The notes under the pieces were generated by a model, which saw nothing but the letters and a program-made list of their open reading frames with translations, was not told the origin of the DNA and did not search any database. The position numbers were made by a program, and so were the translations under genes. A stretch of 64,000 bases of DNA. Origin: Bacteroidales bacterium. Its GTDB lineage: Bacteria > Bacteroidota > Bacteroidia > Bacteroidales > UBA4417. This document shows, one piece after another, positions 27,268 through 38,080 of this stretch (position 1 is the first letter of the stretch; each line of letters begins with the position of its first letter). The stretch covers positions 2,524,229-2,588,228 of the forward strand of contig OY782677.1 of the NCBI GenBank assembly GCA_963677975.1. The letters run 5' to 3'.

Positions 27268-28146
27268 ATGCAACTCCTTTCGCCGACCCATTTTACCGAT
27301 TACGAACTTATCGATTCCGGCGGTTTCGAAAAACTGGAGCGATTCGGGCAGTATGTGCTGATCCGTCCTGAACCGCAGGCTATCTGGAACCCGTCAATGA
27401 GCATTGCTGAATGGGATAAAATGTCGTCGGCAGCATTTAAATTGGAAAAGAACGATTCGGAAAAGGGGCGTTGGATACTTAAGAAAGGTATGCCCGATCA
27501 ATGGCGGATAAATTATTCGTATAAGCAGATGAATTTCACGGTAAGACTTGGACTTACCTCCTTTCGTCATATTGGCGTTTTCCCTGAGCAGGCACCTAAC
27601 TGGGATTATATTTTCGACAGGATTACCGAAACCCAGAACGTGCAGTCGAAAGTACTCAATCTCTTTGCATATACGGGAGCCGCTTCACTTGCCGCACGTG
27701 CAGCAGGGGCGGAGGTAGTACATGTCGATTCGGTGAAACCGGTTATAACATGGGCCCGCGAAAATATGGAGAACAGCCAGCTTGCTGATATCCGCTGGGT
27801 GGTTGAAGATGCCTTGAAATTCGTTCAACGCGAAGTGAGGCGCGGGAATACCTATTCAGGTATAATACTCGATCCGCCGGCATACGGGCGCGGAGCCGAT
27901 GGCGAAAAGTGGATTCTCGATGACAATCTTAATGAGATGATCCGCCTTTGCAGCCAGTTGCTTAATCCCGAAAAGAGTTTCCTTATCCTGAATATGTATT
28001 CGATAGGCTTTTCGGCTCTCGTTGGTAATAACCTTGTAAACAGCTATTTCAACAGGGGTGAGCGGAATGAATATGGCGAATTGTATCTGGCCGATGGCTT
28101 TGGTAAAAAACTTCCCCTGGGAACATTCCTGCGTTTCAGCCGCTGA
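27268..28146 (+). CDS. Class I SAM-dependent methyltransferase (RlmI/RlmK-like rRNA MTase fold)
   Basis: SAM-binding block VLNLFAYTGAASLAARAAGAEVVHVD and ILDPPAYG motif. Confidence 0.75.
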   Translation: MQLLSPTHFTDYELIDSGGFEKLERFGQYVLIRPEPQAIWNPSMSIAEWDKMSSAAFKLEKNDSEKGRWILKKGMPDQWRINYSYKQMNFTVRLGLTSFRHIGVFPEQAPNWDYIFDRITETQNVQSKVLNLFAYTGAASLAARAAGAEVVHVDSVKPVITWARENMENSQLADIRWVVEDALKFVQREVRRGNTYSGIILDPPAYGRGADGEKWILDDNLNEMIRLCSQLLNPEKSFLILNMYSIGFSALVGNNLVNSYFNRGERNEYGELYLADGFGKKLPLGTFLRFSR

Positions 28147-28164
28147 CAGAGCGGGATTTACCGC

Positions 28165-29511
28165 TTATTTACCACTTTCGAAATTACCTGTAGCAATAAG
28201 TTCGTCGTACAGTTCTCCTTTTGTACGATGATAAACCAGAATGGTATAACTGTTCCTTGTTTCCGAATGGTTGCCTTCAACCCAGGTAACATCCCCCGTT
28301 TTCGAATTGTTCGGAAGCATTACATACTGATAATTGTAATATCCCTGCTTAAACAGAATGGAAGCTTCGTAGGCTTTGCGATGGTAATTATATTGCATTT
28401 TGTTTTCAGGCGTGTATTGCCAGCAGTTAAATCCTCCCGCAACATAAAGGTTACCCTCAACAATCGGTGCGTCATAAGGAAGAAAGAACTTCACCATAAC
28501 GTATTCTCCATAATTTGAAACCGAAGGTTCATCATCCGTTTTAAGGAGAAATTTCCCGTTTATATCGCCGTCGACCGAATATTCTTTGAAAGTGCGTTTT
28601 TCGCTTTCCCAGAGCCGGGCATAAAAAAGCGTATCATCGAAAGTGATTTCACGTACTTTCTCCGAAAGGAATTTTACACTTTTCAGATCAAACCTCCGGA
28701 ATTCGTTGCCACCGTCGAAAAGGTTGGTTCCGTTATCGAATGAATAATCGAGTTTGTTGTTATACACCATGTAAGGTTTGAGGTTTGTGAGAGCATTATC
28801 CCAACGCCAGTTCTGGAGTATAACCACTTTTATATCCTGGTAAGGTGAATCAATACGGTATCCGCCTGTATTTATTGCGAAATCAACTTCCTGCCTGGTC
28901 TCATAATCTTCCGACGTTCCTGCCCGCCCGACACGGGCAGTTACCGAAACTTTCGGGTCAACGACCATAAATCTTCGGGTGAAAACATTAACCTCGTTCC
29001 CTTTCGCATCGCGCCAGTACACCCTGATAATGTAATTACCCGATTTCTTTATGATGAAGCGTTCGTTGGGAAAGGTAAATGTATAATGGGTATACGAGGT
29101 TCTCGTATTAAACGAATATTCAACTTCCTCTACCTGCTGTTCCTCCTGCCCTTCGATGTATTCATTAGTCCATATTTCCGATTTCTCCCAGTCGGCACTA
29201 CAATGTTGTATCTGGTAGTAATATTGCCTGTACCGGCCCTGCAGGTCATCGAAACTAACATGGAATCTTTCACCGCTCAATAGATTTATAAGCGGATCAG
29301 CAAGATCGAAACCTTCTCTCGAAAACTCAACAGCGTGTATGTAGTCCTCGTACACATAGTTATCGTTCCGCACAAAGTCGTTCGAATAAAAATCGGTAGT
29401 ATCGGGAACAATCGCAACGATCCCACCAGCCACAAACTCACTTGCCATTATGGTAAGGAAAAAGAGTAATCCTTTAAGCAGATAGCAGATTTTTATTCTG
29501 AACTCAATCAT
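28165..29511 (-). CDS. DUF5103-like protein (type IX secretion plug-protein family)
   Basis: Signal/TM N-terminus. The block FHVSFDDLQGRYRQYYYQIQHCSADWEKS resembles the conserved DUF5103 N-domain. This is called from memory only. Confidence 0.5.
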   Translation of the reverse strand: MIEFRIKICYLLKGLLFFLTIMASEFVAGGIVAIVPDTTDFYSNDFVRNDNYVYEDYIHAVEFSREGFDLADPLINLLSGERFHVSFDDLQGRYRQYYYQIQHCSADWEKSEIWTNEYIEGQEEQQVEEVEYSFNTRTSYTHYTFTFPNERFIIKKSGNYIIRVYWRDAKGNEVNVFTRRFMVVDPKVSVTARVGRAGTSEDYETRQEVDFAINTGGYRIDSPYQDIKVVILQNWRWDNALTNLKPYMVYNNKLDYSFDNGTNLFDGGNEFRRFDLKSVKFLSEKVREITFDDTLFYARLWESEKRTFKEYSVDGDINGKFLLKTDDEPSVSNYGEYVMVKFFLPYDAPIVEGNLYVAGGFNCWQYTPENKMQYNYHRKAYEASILFKQGYYNYQYVMLPNNSKTGDVTWVEGNHSETRNSYTILVYHRTKGELYDELIATGNFESGK

Positions 29512-29528
29512 GTAGTTATTTCTTTTTG

Positions 29529-29536
29529 CAAAAATA
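29529..29536 (-). promoter_or_regulatory. Candidate -7 promoter box (TATTTTTG on the minus strand)
   Basis: The plus strand reads caaaaata. It lies 18 nt upstream of the ATG at 29511, which would give a short leader. Confidence 0.3.
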
Positions 29537-29909
29537 CAGTATGTTCACTAACCAAAACATGATAACATAAATAGTGCCATAATATTATATAGCTGTTCAA
29601 TAAGTTGATTTTGGCTGTTTAGTTCCGTTGAATGACATATTATATTTTCAGGATATTGAAAATTCAAACTTATTTCCTGGTTGCTCCTGAATTATTACCT
29701 GATTTTAGTAGCGAGATATAATGAAAAAGAAAATCTTAAATTTTCCCGCAAAGCAGTCTTGAAGATGGGGTATAAGTCAGGGATTCGGGCCGGAAAAATG
29801 ACTTTTGGCCATTTCATAGGATAATATTTCCAAACGGGCCCTGCAGACAGTTTTTTATTTATTTTCGCCATATAATCGCATCCTAAGTTTGTTTTACTCC
29901 GTTTTTTGT

Positions 29910-30935
29910 ATGAAGAACTTTATTTATCAGATCGCAGCTGGATTATGTGCTGCTTCAGTAATATTTTTTAGTTCCTGCAGGCACCGTCCGGAGCCTGTTC
30001 TGGTTAAGTTTACCGGTGAAACCCAGGGAACTACTTATTCGATTACATATTATGCAGCTGATAGTATCAATTTGCAGAAATCAATTGATTCACTGTTCCT
30101 GAGGTTTGATTCAACAGCCTCAAGCTGGAAGCCAAATTCTATCATTTCGCGGATGAATGGAAATGATCCTTCAGCAAGAGCCGATAAGATGTTCCGTATA
30201 ATTTTCAATAAGGCACAGGAAGTATCGGAAAGAACAAGAGGCGCCTTTGATATTACTGTTGGGCCCCTTGTAAGCGCCTGGGGATTCGGGCTTTCGAACC
30301 GCCTGAAAATGGACCAGCACAAAATCGACAGCCTGCTTCCTTTGGTCGGGTATAAGAAAATCCGGCTCGAAAACGGCAAACTTTTCAAAGCAGATCCACG
30401 TATGCGCGTCGATTACAATGCTATAGCCCAGGGTTACGCCGTTGATGTGGTTGCAGCTTTTCTTGATTCGATGAACATACAGTCGTACCTGATCGATATA
30501 GGGGGCGAAGTTCTTGCCCGCCGCACAAAACCCGGTGGGGAGAAATGGAATGTAGCTATTGAAATACCTGCGAAAAATGCATCCGACGAACCGGGTATCC
30601 AGGCTATAATTGCCCTCGAGGATATGGCCATATCTACCAGCGGCAGTTATCGCAAATATTACGAAGAGAATGGCATCCGGTATTCACATACAATAGATCC
30701 GTCGGATGGCTACCCTGTTAAACACTCTTTGCTGAGCGTTTCGGTTTTGGCTAAAGACTGTATGACAGCTGATGCCTATGCCACTGCACTTATGGTAATG
30801 GGAGTCGACAAGGGGAAGGAATTTTTGAAAAAACACCGCGGACTTGAGGCCTACTTTATTTATGCTTCTCCTGACGGCAGTATGAAGACCTGCTATACCC
30901 GGGGCTTTGAAAAACTGATCCGTCACGATAAATAG
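29910..30935 (+). CDS. apbE: FAD:protein FMN transferase (ApbE family) lipoprotein
   Basis: The ATG at 29910 gives a lipoprotein signal (..VIFFSSC). ApbE blocks: AFDITVGPLVSAWGFG, DYNAIAQGYAVD, STSGSYRKYYE..YSHTIDP. Confidence 0.9.
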   Translation: MKNFIYQIAAGLCAASVIFFSSCRHRPEPVLVKFTGETQGTTYSITYYAADSINLQKSIDSLFLRFDSTASSWKPNSIISRMNGNDPSARADKMFRIIFNKAQEVSERTRGAFDITVGPLVSAWGFGLSNRLKMDQHKIDSLLPLVGYKKIRLENGKLFKADPRMRVDYNAIAQGYAVDVVAAFLDSMNIQSYLIDIGGEVLARRTKPGGEKWNVAIEIPAKNASDEPGIQAIIALEDMAISTSGSYRKYYEENGIRYSHTIDPSDGYPVKHSLLSVSVLAKDCMTADAYATALMVMGVDKGKEFLKKHRGLEAYFIYASPDGSMKTCYTRGFEKLIRHDK

Positions 30936-31012
30936 ACAGAATCATTTTCATCGGAGGTAAAAGCCATCCCTGGTTAAAATACTTGACAAATTTTCTTAAT
31001 AACTATTTTACA

Positions 31013-32899
31013 ATGAAAACCTTACTTTCACTGGTTCTGATCCTGATGGTCGGACTTATACATTCCCAGGTCAGCCCGGTAAGCCTTATCCCGCAGCCGG
31101 TTGAATTGAAAACCGGAAGTGGATTTTATATCCTGACAAAGGTTTCATCCATATGCTTCGATAATTCCGCTGCAAAAGATGTTGCTGAAATGCTGGTTCA
31201 AAAACTGAATGCTGCAAGCGGTTATTCTTTAAAAGCAGTTCCCGGGAACAAGGGCTCTGTCAAGCTTAATATGAGCACTATTCCCGACCCGCAACTGGGA
31301 GTTGAAGGTTATACCCTGGTTTCGACAACCAAAGGAATTGTGATCAGCGCGAACCAACCGGCTGGCTTGTTCTATGGCATGCAGACACTACTGCAGTTGC
31401 TTCCGAAAGAAATCGAAAGCAGGAAGGTTGTCTCTATAAAATGGACAGTTCCGGTGGTGACCATAAGGGATTATCCCCGTTTTGCCTGGCGTGGATTAAT
31501 GCTGGATGTGGCCCGCAATTTTTTTACAAAGGAAGAAGTCAAGCAATATCTCGACGAAATGGTGCGGTTCAAACTCAATACCTTACACTGGCACCTTACT
31601 GACGACGAAGGCTGGAGAATCGAAATCAAGTCGATGCCAAAACTCACTGAAATCGGAGCATGGCGCGTTGAACGATTCGGTCATTTTGGTGACCGGGAAG
31701 CACCCAGGCCAGGCGAAAAAGCTACAGTTGGTGGTTTTTATACACAGGATGATATACGCGAAATAGTTCGGTACGCAAAAGACAGGAACATTACAATTGT
31801 GCCTGAAATTGATGTTCCGGGGCATAGTATGGCAGCCATTGCATCCTACCCTGAGCTGAGCTGTAAAAAGGATACAACAACGCGGGTTAGTCCCGGAAGT
31901 AAATTCTCAGACTGGTATGGCAACAGTACTTTTAAGATGAATATAGAGAATGCATTAAATCCTTCGGATGAGAATGTGTATATTTTCCTGGATAAAGTTT
32001 TCACTGAGGTTGCCGCTTTGTTTCCGGGGCAGTATATTCATGTGGGAGGCGACGAATGTTACAAAGGATTCTGGTCCGACGATGCCGGCTGCCAGGCACT
32101 GATGAAACAATTGGGAATCAGGCATGTGGAAGATTTACAGGGATATTTTATGAACAGGGTTGAGGCCATACTGAAAGCAAAAGGTAAAAAACTCATTGGA
32201 TGGGACGAGATTCTTGATGGGGGAATTACCCCCGATGCAACAGTAATGAGCTGGCGGGGAGTTAAAGGCGGCATTGAAGCGGCTAAAATGGGTCATTATG
32301 TTGTGATGTCGCCCACTACTCACGCTTATCTCGATTATACACAGGGCGAACGAACCATCGATCCTCCCATATATGCAAGCCTGCGCCTCAAGAAATGTTA
32401 TAGTTTCGAACCGGTGCCTGATGGAGTTGATGCTAAGTACATACTTGGTGGCCAGGGTAATTTGTGGTCGGAACAACTTCCAACATTCCGCCATGTGCAA
32501 TACATGGCTTACCCGCGTGCCTGGGCCCTGGCCGAAGTTTATTGGTCACCCCTTGAAAGCAGGAATTGGGATAATTTCGTAGTGCGGGTCGAAAATCAGT
32601 TCCAGCGTTCCGAAATCGCCGGGGTGAATTATTCAAAAGCCATTTACGACCCCGGTATTAAAATTACCAAAAACAACGGGAAACTAATAGTGTCAATGGA
32701 GTGCGAAGCTCCGGGACTGGATGTTTTTTATACTATCGATGATGCCATGCCTGACAAGTATACCGCTAAATATATGCAACCGTTTACTCTCCCTGACGGC
32801 CCTGTGACTTTACGGGTTATTTCCTATCGCGATGGAAAACCTCTCGGGCACCTCATTACCCTGAAAAGAGACGATATGGAAAAACGGGCCACAAAGTAA
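31013..32899 (+). CDS. Beta-N-acetylhexosaminidase, GH20, secreted
   Basis: The ATG at 31013 gives a signal peptide. GH20 blocks: RGLMLDVARNF, LHWHLTDDEGWRIEI, HVGGDEC. Confidence 0.9.
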   Translation: MKTLLSLVLILMVGLIHSQVSPVSLIPQPVELKTGSGFYILTKVSSICFDNSAAKDVAEMLVQKLNAASGYSLKAVPGNKGSVKLNMSTIPDPQLGVEGYTLVSTTKGIVISANQPAGLFYGMQTLLQLLPKEIESRKVVSIKWTVPVVTIRDYPRFAWRGLMLDVARNFFTKEEVKQYLDEMVRFKLNTLHWHLTDDEGWRIEIKSMPKLTEIGAWRVERFGHFGDREAPRPGEKATVGGFYTQDDIREIVRYAKDRNITIVPEIDVPGHSMAAIASYPELSCKKDTTTRVSPGSKFSDWYGNSTFKMNIENALNPSDENVYIFLDKVFTEVAALFPGQYIHVGGDECYKGFWSDDAGCQALMKQLGIRHVEDLQGYFMNRVEAILKAKGKKLIGWDEILDGGITPDATVMSWRGVKGGIEAAKMGHYVVMSPTTHAYLDYTQGERTIDPPIYASLRLKKCYSFEPVPDGVDAKYILGGQGNLWSEQLPTFRHVQYMAYPRAWALAEVYWSPLESRNWDNFVVRVENQFQRSEIAGVNYSKAIYDPGIKITKNNGKLIVSMECEAPGLDVFYTIDDAMPDKYTAKYMQPFTLPDGPVTLRVISYRDGKPLGHLITLKRDDMEKRATK

Positions 32900-32971
32900 C
32901 AAGAATAACTTTATTAAATATTTGCAGGTCTAGCCTTCCAGACTTTACCCGCAGAAAACATACAGCCATAT

Positions 32972-34135
32972 ATGATCATTCTCGATAAACCTTATATCTC
33001 CGAATTTTTAATCACGACACTCGAAAAAAACAAAATTCCGGTTATTCATAATCCGGTAATCGATGAGTTGGTTTCCAGGCGGAATTTGAACCTGCTTTCC
33101 CAAAAAGAGGCAGTGGCCGTGTTCGAAAAAGATCCGGGTTGTCTCCTTTATACCAATTCCGAAAATTCAATCGGCTGGATCGAAAACAACCTGCCGGAAA
33201 CCAGATTGCCTGAAATGATCAGGCTTTTCAAAAATAAGGTTTTATTCCGCGATATGCTTCGCGAAATGTACCCGGGGTACTTTTACAGGAGTGTAAATCT
33301 CGAAGAGATTGAGACCCTTGATGTTCACGGGTTTCCTTATCCATTCATAATAAAACCTGCCGTAGGATTCTTTAGCCTGGGGGTTTACCAGGTGGAGCAT
33401 GAGGGAGAATGGGATGAAACTGCCCGAAAGATAAAAAAGGAAATTGATCTTATCCGTAATCTTTACCCAACCGAGGTGTTGGATGTTGAACATTTCATTA
33501 TCGAACAATGCATATATGGTGACGAATTTGCAGTCGACATGTACTTCGATGCATCAGGCAACCCTGTTGTGCTTAATATCATGAAACATATCTTCTCCTC
33601 GGGAAAAGATGTAAACGACAGGGTATACTGTACTTCAAAAACTATTATTGAAAAATATCTTCACATTATTACTGATTTTCTTGCTGCTATCGGGCAACGT
33701 TCCGGGCTGAAGAGTTTCCCGTGCCATGTGGAGGTAAGGATTACCGAAAACGGTGAAATTGCTCCTATTGAAGTAAACCCGTTGCGTTTCGGCGGCTGGT
33801 GTTCAACTCCCGATTTAGCCTGGTACGCTTTCGGGATAAACCTTTATGAGTATCTGTTTGAACAAAAACAACCCGATTGGATCGCATTACTCAACGGGAA
33901 GGAAAACCTGGTTTACAGCAATATTGTATTAAACAACAGTACCGGAACCGAAGGCAGGTTTATACCCTCGTTTGATTACGACAAGTTGCTTTCGCATTTC
34001 GAAAAACCCCTCGAACTGCGAAAAGCAGATCATACAAAATTCCCGATCTTTGGATTCCTTTTCTGCGAAACCAGGGAGGATAATATAAAGGAACTCGACA
34101 GGATACTTATGTCGGATCTGAAAGAGTATATCTGA
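32972..34135 (+). CDS. ATP-grasp domain protein, unknown substrate
   Basis: Central block FPYPFIIKPAVGFFSLGV...IIEQCIYGDEFAVD...HVEVRITENGEIAPIEVNPLRFGG is typical of the ATP-grasp fold. Confidence 0.65.
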   Translation: MIILDKPYISEFLITTLEKNKIPVIHNPVIDELVSRRNLNLLSQKEAVAVFEKDPGCLLYTNSENSIGWIENNLPETRLPEMIRLFKNKVLFRDMLREMYPGYFYRSVNLEEIETLDVHGFPYPFIIKPAVGFFSLGVYQVEHEGEWDETARKIKKEIDLIRNLYPTEVLDVEHFIIEQCIYGDEFAVDMYFDASGNPVVLNIMKHIFSSGKDVNDRVYCTSKTIIEKYLHIITDFLAAIGQRSGLKSFPCHVEVRITENGEIAPIEVNPLRFGGWCSTPDLAWYAFGINLYEYLFEQKQPDWIALLNGKENLVYSNIVLNNSTGTEGRFIPSFDYDKLLSHFEKPLELRKADHTKFPIFGFLFCETREDNIKELDRILMSDLKEYI

Positions 34136-34153
34136 TTGCGATTTTCCTGATTA

Positions 34154-35461
34154 CTAATCACATTCCTCGATCACGACCTTTTTGTTCTTTATTTTCTCAT
34201 TGCGGACAAGCCTGATGGTTTCACTCATTTTTGTCCGTTTTATTGCCACATAGGAGAAAAAATCCTTTACCTCTATCAACCCGATTTCATCTTTTTGCAG
34301 GTCTGCTTTCTGCATCAGAAATCCTACAACATCTATTTTATTGATCTTGTCTTTTTTCCCTTTCCCAATATATAGAGTTCCAAACGCAGGTTTTGGAGGC
34401 AAAGTCCGTTTACCTGATAATTGAATAATATTTAATTCTTCGTTTAAGTATGAAGGAACCGCTTCCTCTTCGCTCAGGATAAGGTATGAATCGCCTTCGG
34501 CATGCATACGGGCTGTACGGCCGTTGCGATGCGTATACCCTTCCTCATTAAGCGGTAAATGGTAGTGGATCACATGTTTCACTTCGGGTATATCCAGGCC
34601 CCTTGATGCCAGGTCGGTGCAAATAAGTATGTTACAACTTCTGTTTCTGAACTTACCCAACACCCGCTCCCTGATGTTCTGTTCAAGCCCTCCATGAAAA
34701 TATTCATTAATCACCCCGCTTTGTGTGAGGGAGTCACTCACACGTTTAGCCGCATCCCTGTGGTTACAGAAAACAAGGGTAGGCTCACCGCCAATATCGC
34801 ATAACAACTGGAACAAGGCTGATAATTTATCCTTACTTACCGATTTCACAATATTGCATGTGAGCCCTTCTGCAACTTTATCTTCGTTCAGGTAATCCAG
34901 TACCCTGGGATCGGTTATTCCTGTGAATGACGGAATTTCACTGGCCCTGGTTGCCGAAGTAAGTATGCGTTTATTAATTGCATTCAGCCTGGCTGTTATT
35001 GCCGACATTTCCTCCTGGAAACCCATTTCGAGCGATTTGTCGAATTCGTCGAGAACAAGTGTATGAATGCTATCCGGGTTGAAGTTTCCGCGGGTGATAT
35101 GGTCAAGGATTCTTCCCGGTGTTCCGATAAGCAGGGCAGGAGGTTCGGTGAGATTATTCTTCTCAATGCTCATTTTATGCCCGCCATAGCAACAACTAAC
35201 TTTGAAGCCTGTGTTCATAGCTCTGAAAACCTGCTCTATCTGCAGGGCTAATTCACGCGAAGGAGTTAACACCAGGGCCTGCACCGCATTTTTCCCGGTT
35301 TCAAGCATTTTTAAAACAGGGATCAGGAAAGCCAGTGTCTTTCCTGATCCTGTGGGCGATAGTAAAATAATATCCTTGTGTTTACTTATTGTTTCAACTG
35401 CTGACAGTTGCATCACGTTAAGTGATTTGATATTGAGGTTGCCGAGGATTTTGTTAATCAA
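34154..35461 (-). CDS. DEAD-box RNA helicase with C-terminal DbpA-type RNA-binding domain
   Basis: Motif I SPTGSGKT, motif II VLDEFD (DEFD variant), SAT, HRNGRTAR. The TTG start is needed to include the Q-motif. Confidence 0.85.
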   Translation of the reverse strand: MINKILGNLNIKSLNVMQLSAVETISKHKDIILLSPTGSGKTLAFLIPVLKMLETGKNAVQALVLTPSRELALQIEQVFRAMNTGFKVSCCYGGHKMSIEKNNLTEPPALLIGTPGRILDHITRGNFNPDSIHTLVLDEFDKSLEMGFQEEMSAITARLNAINKRILTSATRASEIPSFTGITDPRVLDYLNEDKVAEGLTCNIVKSVSKDKLSALFQLLCDIGGEPTLVFCNHRDAAKRVSDSLTQSGVINEYFHGGLEQNIRERVLGKFRNRSCNILICTDLASRGLDIPEVKHVIHYHLPLNEEGYTHRNGRTARMHAEGDSYLILSEEEAVPSYLNEELNIIQLSGKRTLPPKPAFGTLYIGKGKKDKINKIDVVGFLMQKADLQKDEIGLIEVKDFFSYVAIKRTKMSETIRLVRNEKIKNKKVVIEECD

Positions 35462-35484
35462 TTTATTTTATTTTTATTATTCTG

Positions 35485-35492
35485 CAAAGGTA
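35485..35492 (-). promoter_or_regulatory. Candidate -7 promoter box (TACCTTTG on the minus strand)
   Basis: The plus strand reads caaaggta. It lies 24 nt upstream of the helicase start. Confidence 0.45.
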
Positions 35493-35578
35493 CGATAAAA
35501 GCCTTGTTGAAGATGAATCAATGATTTTCAAGGCTATATATTCTCAACTCATCGTATGCATTTTTTGAATTTGTTTCA

Positions 35579-35586
35579 TAACTTTG
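35579..35586 (+). promoter_or_regulatory. Candidate -7 promoter box (TAACTTTG) for the OMP-lipoprotein-radical SAM cluster
   Basis: Lies 32 nt upstream of the ATG at 35618. Confidence 0.45.
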
Positions 35587-35617
35587 TTAATAATGTTATC
35601 TAAAAATAGATTTTATT

Positions 35618-36412
35618 ATGCCTAAAATCTTATTTATTTTAGTGTTTGCATTCTGCACTGTTCATCTGCATGCACAGGATACTCTTTACAGGACTGATGG
35701 TAGCCATCAGGTGGTTAATGTCCTTGAAATCAATAAGACACAGATTAAATATAAGCCTTTCTCGAACCCGGATGCACCAATATACGTCATTCTTAACACA
35801 GCTATTTTAAAAATTGTTGATAAAAACGGTACAACTACAACCTTTACCAGTTCTATAAATCCATCTGACAACAGCATTACTGAGTCCTCCATTCCGAATT
35901 TGAAAACACTTTCCGGAAGTCACTTTATTTCAATGAATATAGCCGATCTATTCACTGGACTGCTCACTCTTAATTATGAATATACACTCGAATCAGGAAA
36001 ACTGGGCTTGAAAGTTCCACTAACTACAGGTTTTTATACTCTCTCAGGTTCCTATAATCAAATTGGGGAATCCTATTTTCCTTATACTACAATTTTTGGA
36101 ACTGGAATCGGCTTGAATTTCTATCCGCGTGGGCAACGATCGGTTACATATTTTATAGGACCCGCATTTTATTACAGGTCATTTAATTATAGCGTAGCAG
36201 ATCCGGGCACTTACATTTATAATAATAAAGTGGGTTCATTTACCAGCTTTTTTATTCAAAATGGAGTTTTATTTCACGCTGGTACCAGATTAAATTTGAG
36301 TATGGATGCAGGGTTAGGATACGCATGGATAAATACATCCATTCCGTATTATTCTGATCATAAATTGGGATACAGGCTGAAAATTGGAATTAATGTTGGT
36401 TTCAAACTTTAA
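35618..36412 (+). CDS. Putative outer-membrane beta-barrel protein with small N-terminal domain
   Basis: Has a signal peptide. Shows alternating aromatic/Gly beta-strand patterns and ends in ..GINVGFKL (terminal aromatic-x-hydrophobic). Confidence 0.6.
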   Translation: MPKILFILVFAFCTVHLHAQDTLYRTDGSHQVVNVLEINKTQIKYKPFSNPDAPIYVILNTAILKIVDKNGTTTTFTSSINPSDNSITESSIPNLKTLSGSHFISMNIADLFTGLLTLNYEYTLESGKLGLKVPLTTGFYTLSGSYNQIGESYFPYTTIFGTGIGLNFYPRGQRSVTYFIGPAFYYRSFNYSVADPGTYIYNNKVGSFTSFFIQNGVLFHAGTRLNLSMDAGLGYAWINTSIPYYSDHKLGYRLKIGINVGFKL

Positions 36413-36424
36413 GTATTCAAAAAC

Positions 36425-38080
36425 ATGAAAAAGATTATTCCCGAGGTTTCGATAATTGTATTGTTCGCCTTCCTTAATATGCTGGCCGGATGCTCCTATT
36501 ACCATGTTAATACACTTCCCACCAAGTCAGTTGATAAAACGACTTTGTATAATACGCTGGAACAGCCCCGTTATTTTATACTTCACCAGGGTCAGCATGC
36601 ATGGCATATGAATAATATTAAGGTAAATGAGGATAAACAGGAAATTACCTGCACAACATCTGACTTACCTCCTGATCATTTATTCTATATGTCCAATAAA
36701 CCCAAAGGTGTAAATCGTTATCATCCTAAAACACAATTTCCGATCTATGAAGTTCATGTTTATATTGACCAGTATGCCGAACTCAATGATTCATTGAAAA
36801 TTATCCCTCTCGGGGATGTCAGCAAAATTGAAGTTTACGATAAAGATGCCGGGGCAACCACTGCATCCTGGGTATTTGGCAGCATTGGAATTGTTATTGG
36901 TGTTTTTGTTGTAATATTAGTGATAGCTGCATTGATGAAAAGTTCCTGCCCTTTCGTATATATAAGTGATGGGGTTTCCTATCATTTCACAGGCGAAATG
37001 TATGGTGGTGCTATATATGCTCCGCTCGAAAGGGATGATTATATGCCTTTGCAAGGTTTTAAACCTGTGAACAGCATATACCAGTTAAAAATATCAAACG
37101 AACTGCTAGAACGTCAATATACCGACCTGGCCGAACTTTTAGTAGTTCAGCATCCTCTTGGTTCCAGGATTATCATCGATAAAAATGGTGAAATACAGTC
37201 GATTACAGCTCCTGTCTCTGCCCAGGAGGCATATTCTGATAATAAGGAAGATTATGCAAGTTCGCTTGCCAGAGTTGATAGTAACTCATTTTTATTCAAC
37301 GAGTCAGGACCCCTTGAAAATGACTTCAGCGCGTTGACCATGGAATTTAAAAAGCCGCTCAATGCCGGATCCGGCAAGTTGATACTTCATGCCAAAAACT
37401 CATTCTGGCTCGATTATGTGTATGGTAAATTCAATGAACTGTTTGGAACATCCTTTAATAAATTCTCGGAAAAGCAAAAAACGGCTCCTGCCGAAAGGAT
37501 GAAAAACTGGCAACTCAGCCAGGGAATTCCACTCTCGGTTTATATTGAAACTAATGATGGATGGCAGTTTGTCGATTATTTTAATCCTGTGGGACCTTTG
37601 GCATCGAGGGATTTAGTAATGCCTGTGGATGTTTCGAAAATAATGGGCGAACAGGTTAAAATCAGGTTGCAGAGTGGTTATATGTTCTGGGAAGTGGATT
37701 ATGCCGCAATGGATTTTACAAAAAATATTCCGGTAAAGGTGGATCGGCTTCTGCCTGAATCAGCCATCGACGAAAAAGGCTTTGAGGTATCTGCTTCACT
37801 TAAAGCCTCAGATAAACAATACCTGGAGCAGCCTGAACCAGGGAACGAGGTGATTGTTAACTACCGGGCCTCCAACTCGGCAGTAGGTTATCAGTATTCA
37901 TCTTTTCTGCATAGCAGGGGCTATTATGAGTATATCAGGGATTATAAAAATGAACCTGATATCAGCTATCTTCTGTCCTTCAGGAAGGAAGGCGCATTTG
38001 CCCACTTCTCGAAAGAAAAATATTTAATGTTTGTATCAGATGAAGACATGATAACTAACGCCTTAACTAATGACAAATAG
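36425..38080 (+). CDS. Lipoprotein / single-pass membrane protein, unknown function
   Basis: Lipobox (NMLAGC). Internal TM segment (WVFGSIGIVIGVFVVILVIAALM). No recognised domain. Confidence 0.7.
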   Translation: MKKIIPEVSIIVLFAFLNMLAGCSYYHVNTLPTKSVDKTTLYNTLEQPRYFILHQGQHAWHMNNIKVNEDKQEITCTTSDLPPDHLFYMSNKPKGVNRYHPKTQFPIYEVHVYIDQYAELNDSLKIIPLGDVSKIEVYDKDAGATTASWVFGSIGIVIGVFVVILVIAALMKSSCPFVYISDGVSYHFTGEMYGGAIYAPLERDDYMPLQGFKPVNSIYQLKISNELLERQYTDLAELLVVQHPLGSRIIIDKNGEIQSITAPVSAQEAYSDNKEDYASSLARVDSNSFLFNESGPLENDFSALTMEFKKPLNAGSGKLILHAKNSFWLDYVYGKFNELFGTSFNKFSEKQKTAPAERMKNWQLSQGIPLSVYIETNDGWQFVDYFNPVGPLASRDLVMPVDVSKIMGEQVKIRLQSGYMFWEVDYAAMDFTKNIPVKVDRLLPESAIDEKGFEVSASLKASDKQYLEQPEPGNEVIVNYRASNSAVGYQYSSFLHSRGYYEYIRDYKNEPDISYLLSFRKEGAFAHFSKEKYLMFVSDEDMITNALTNDK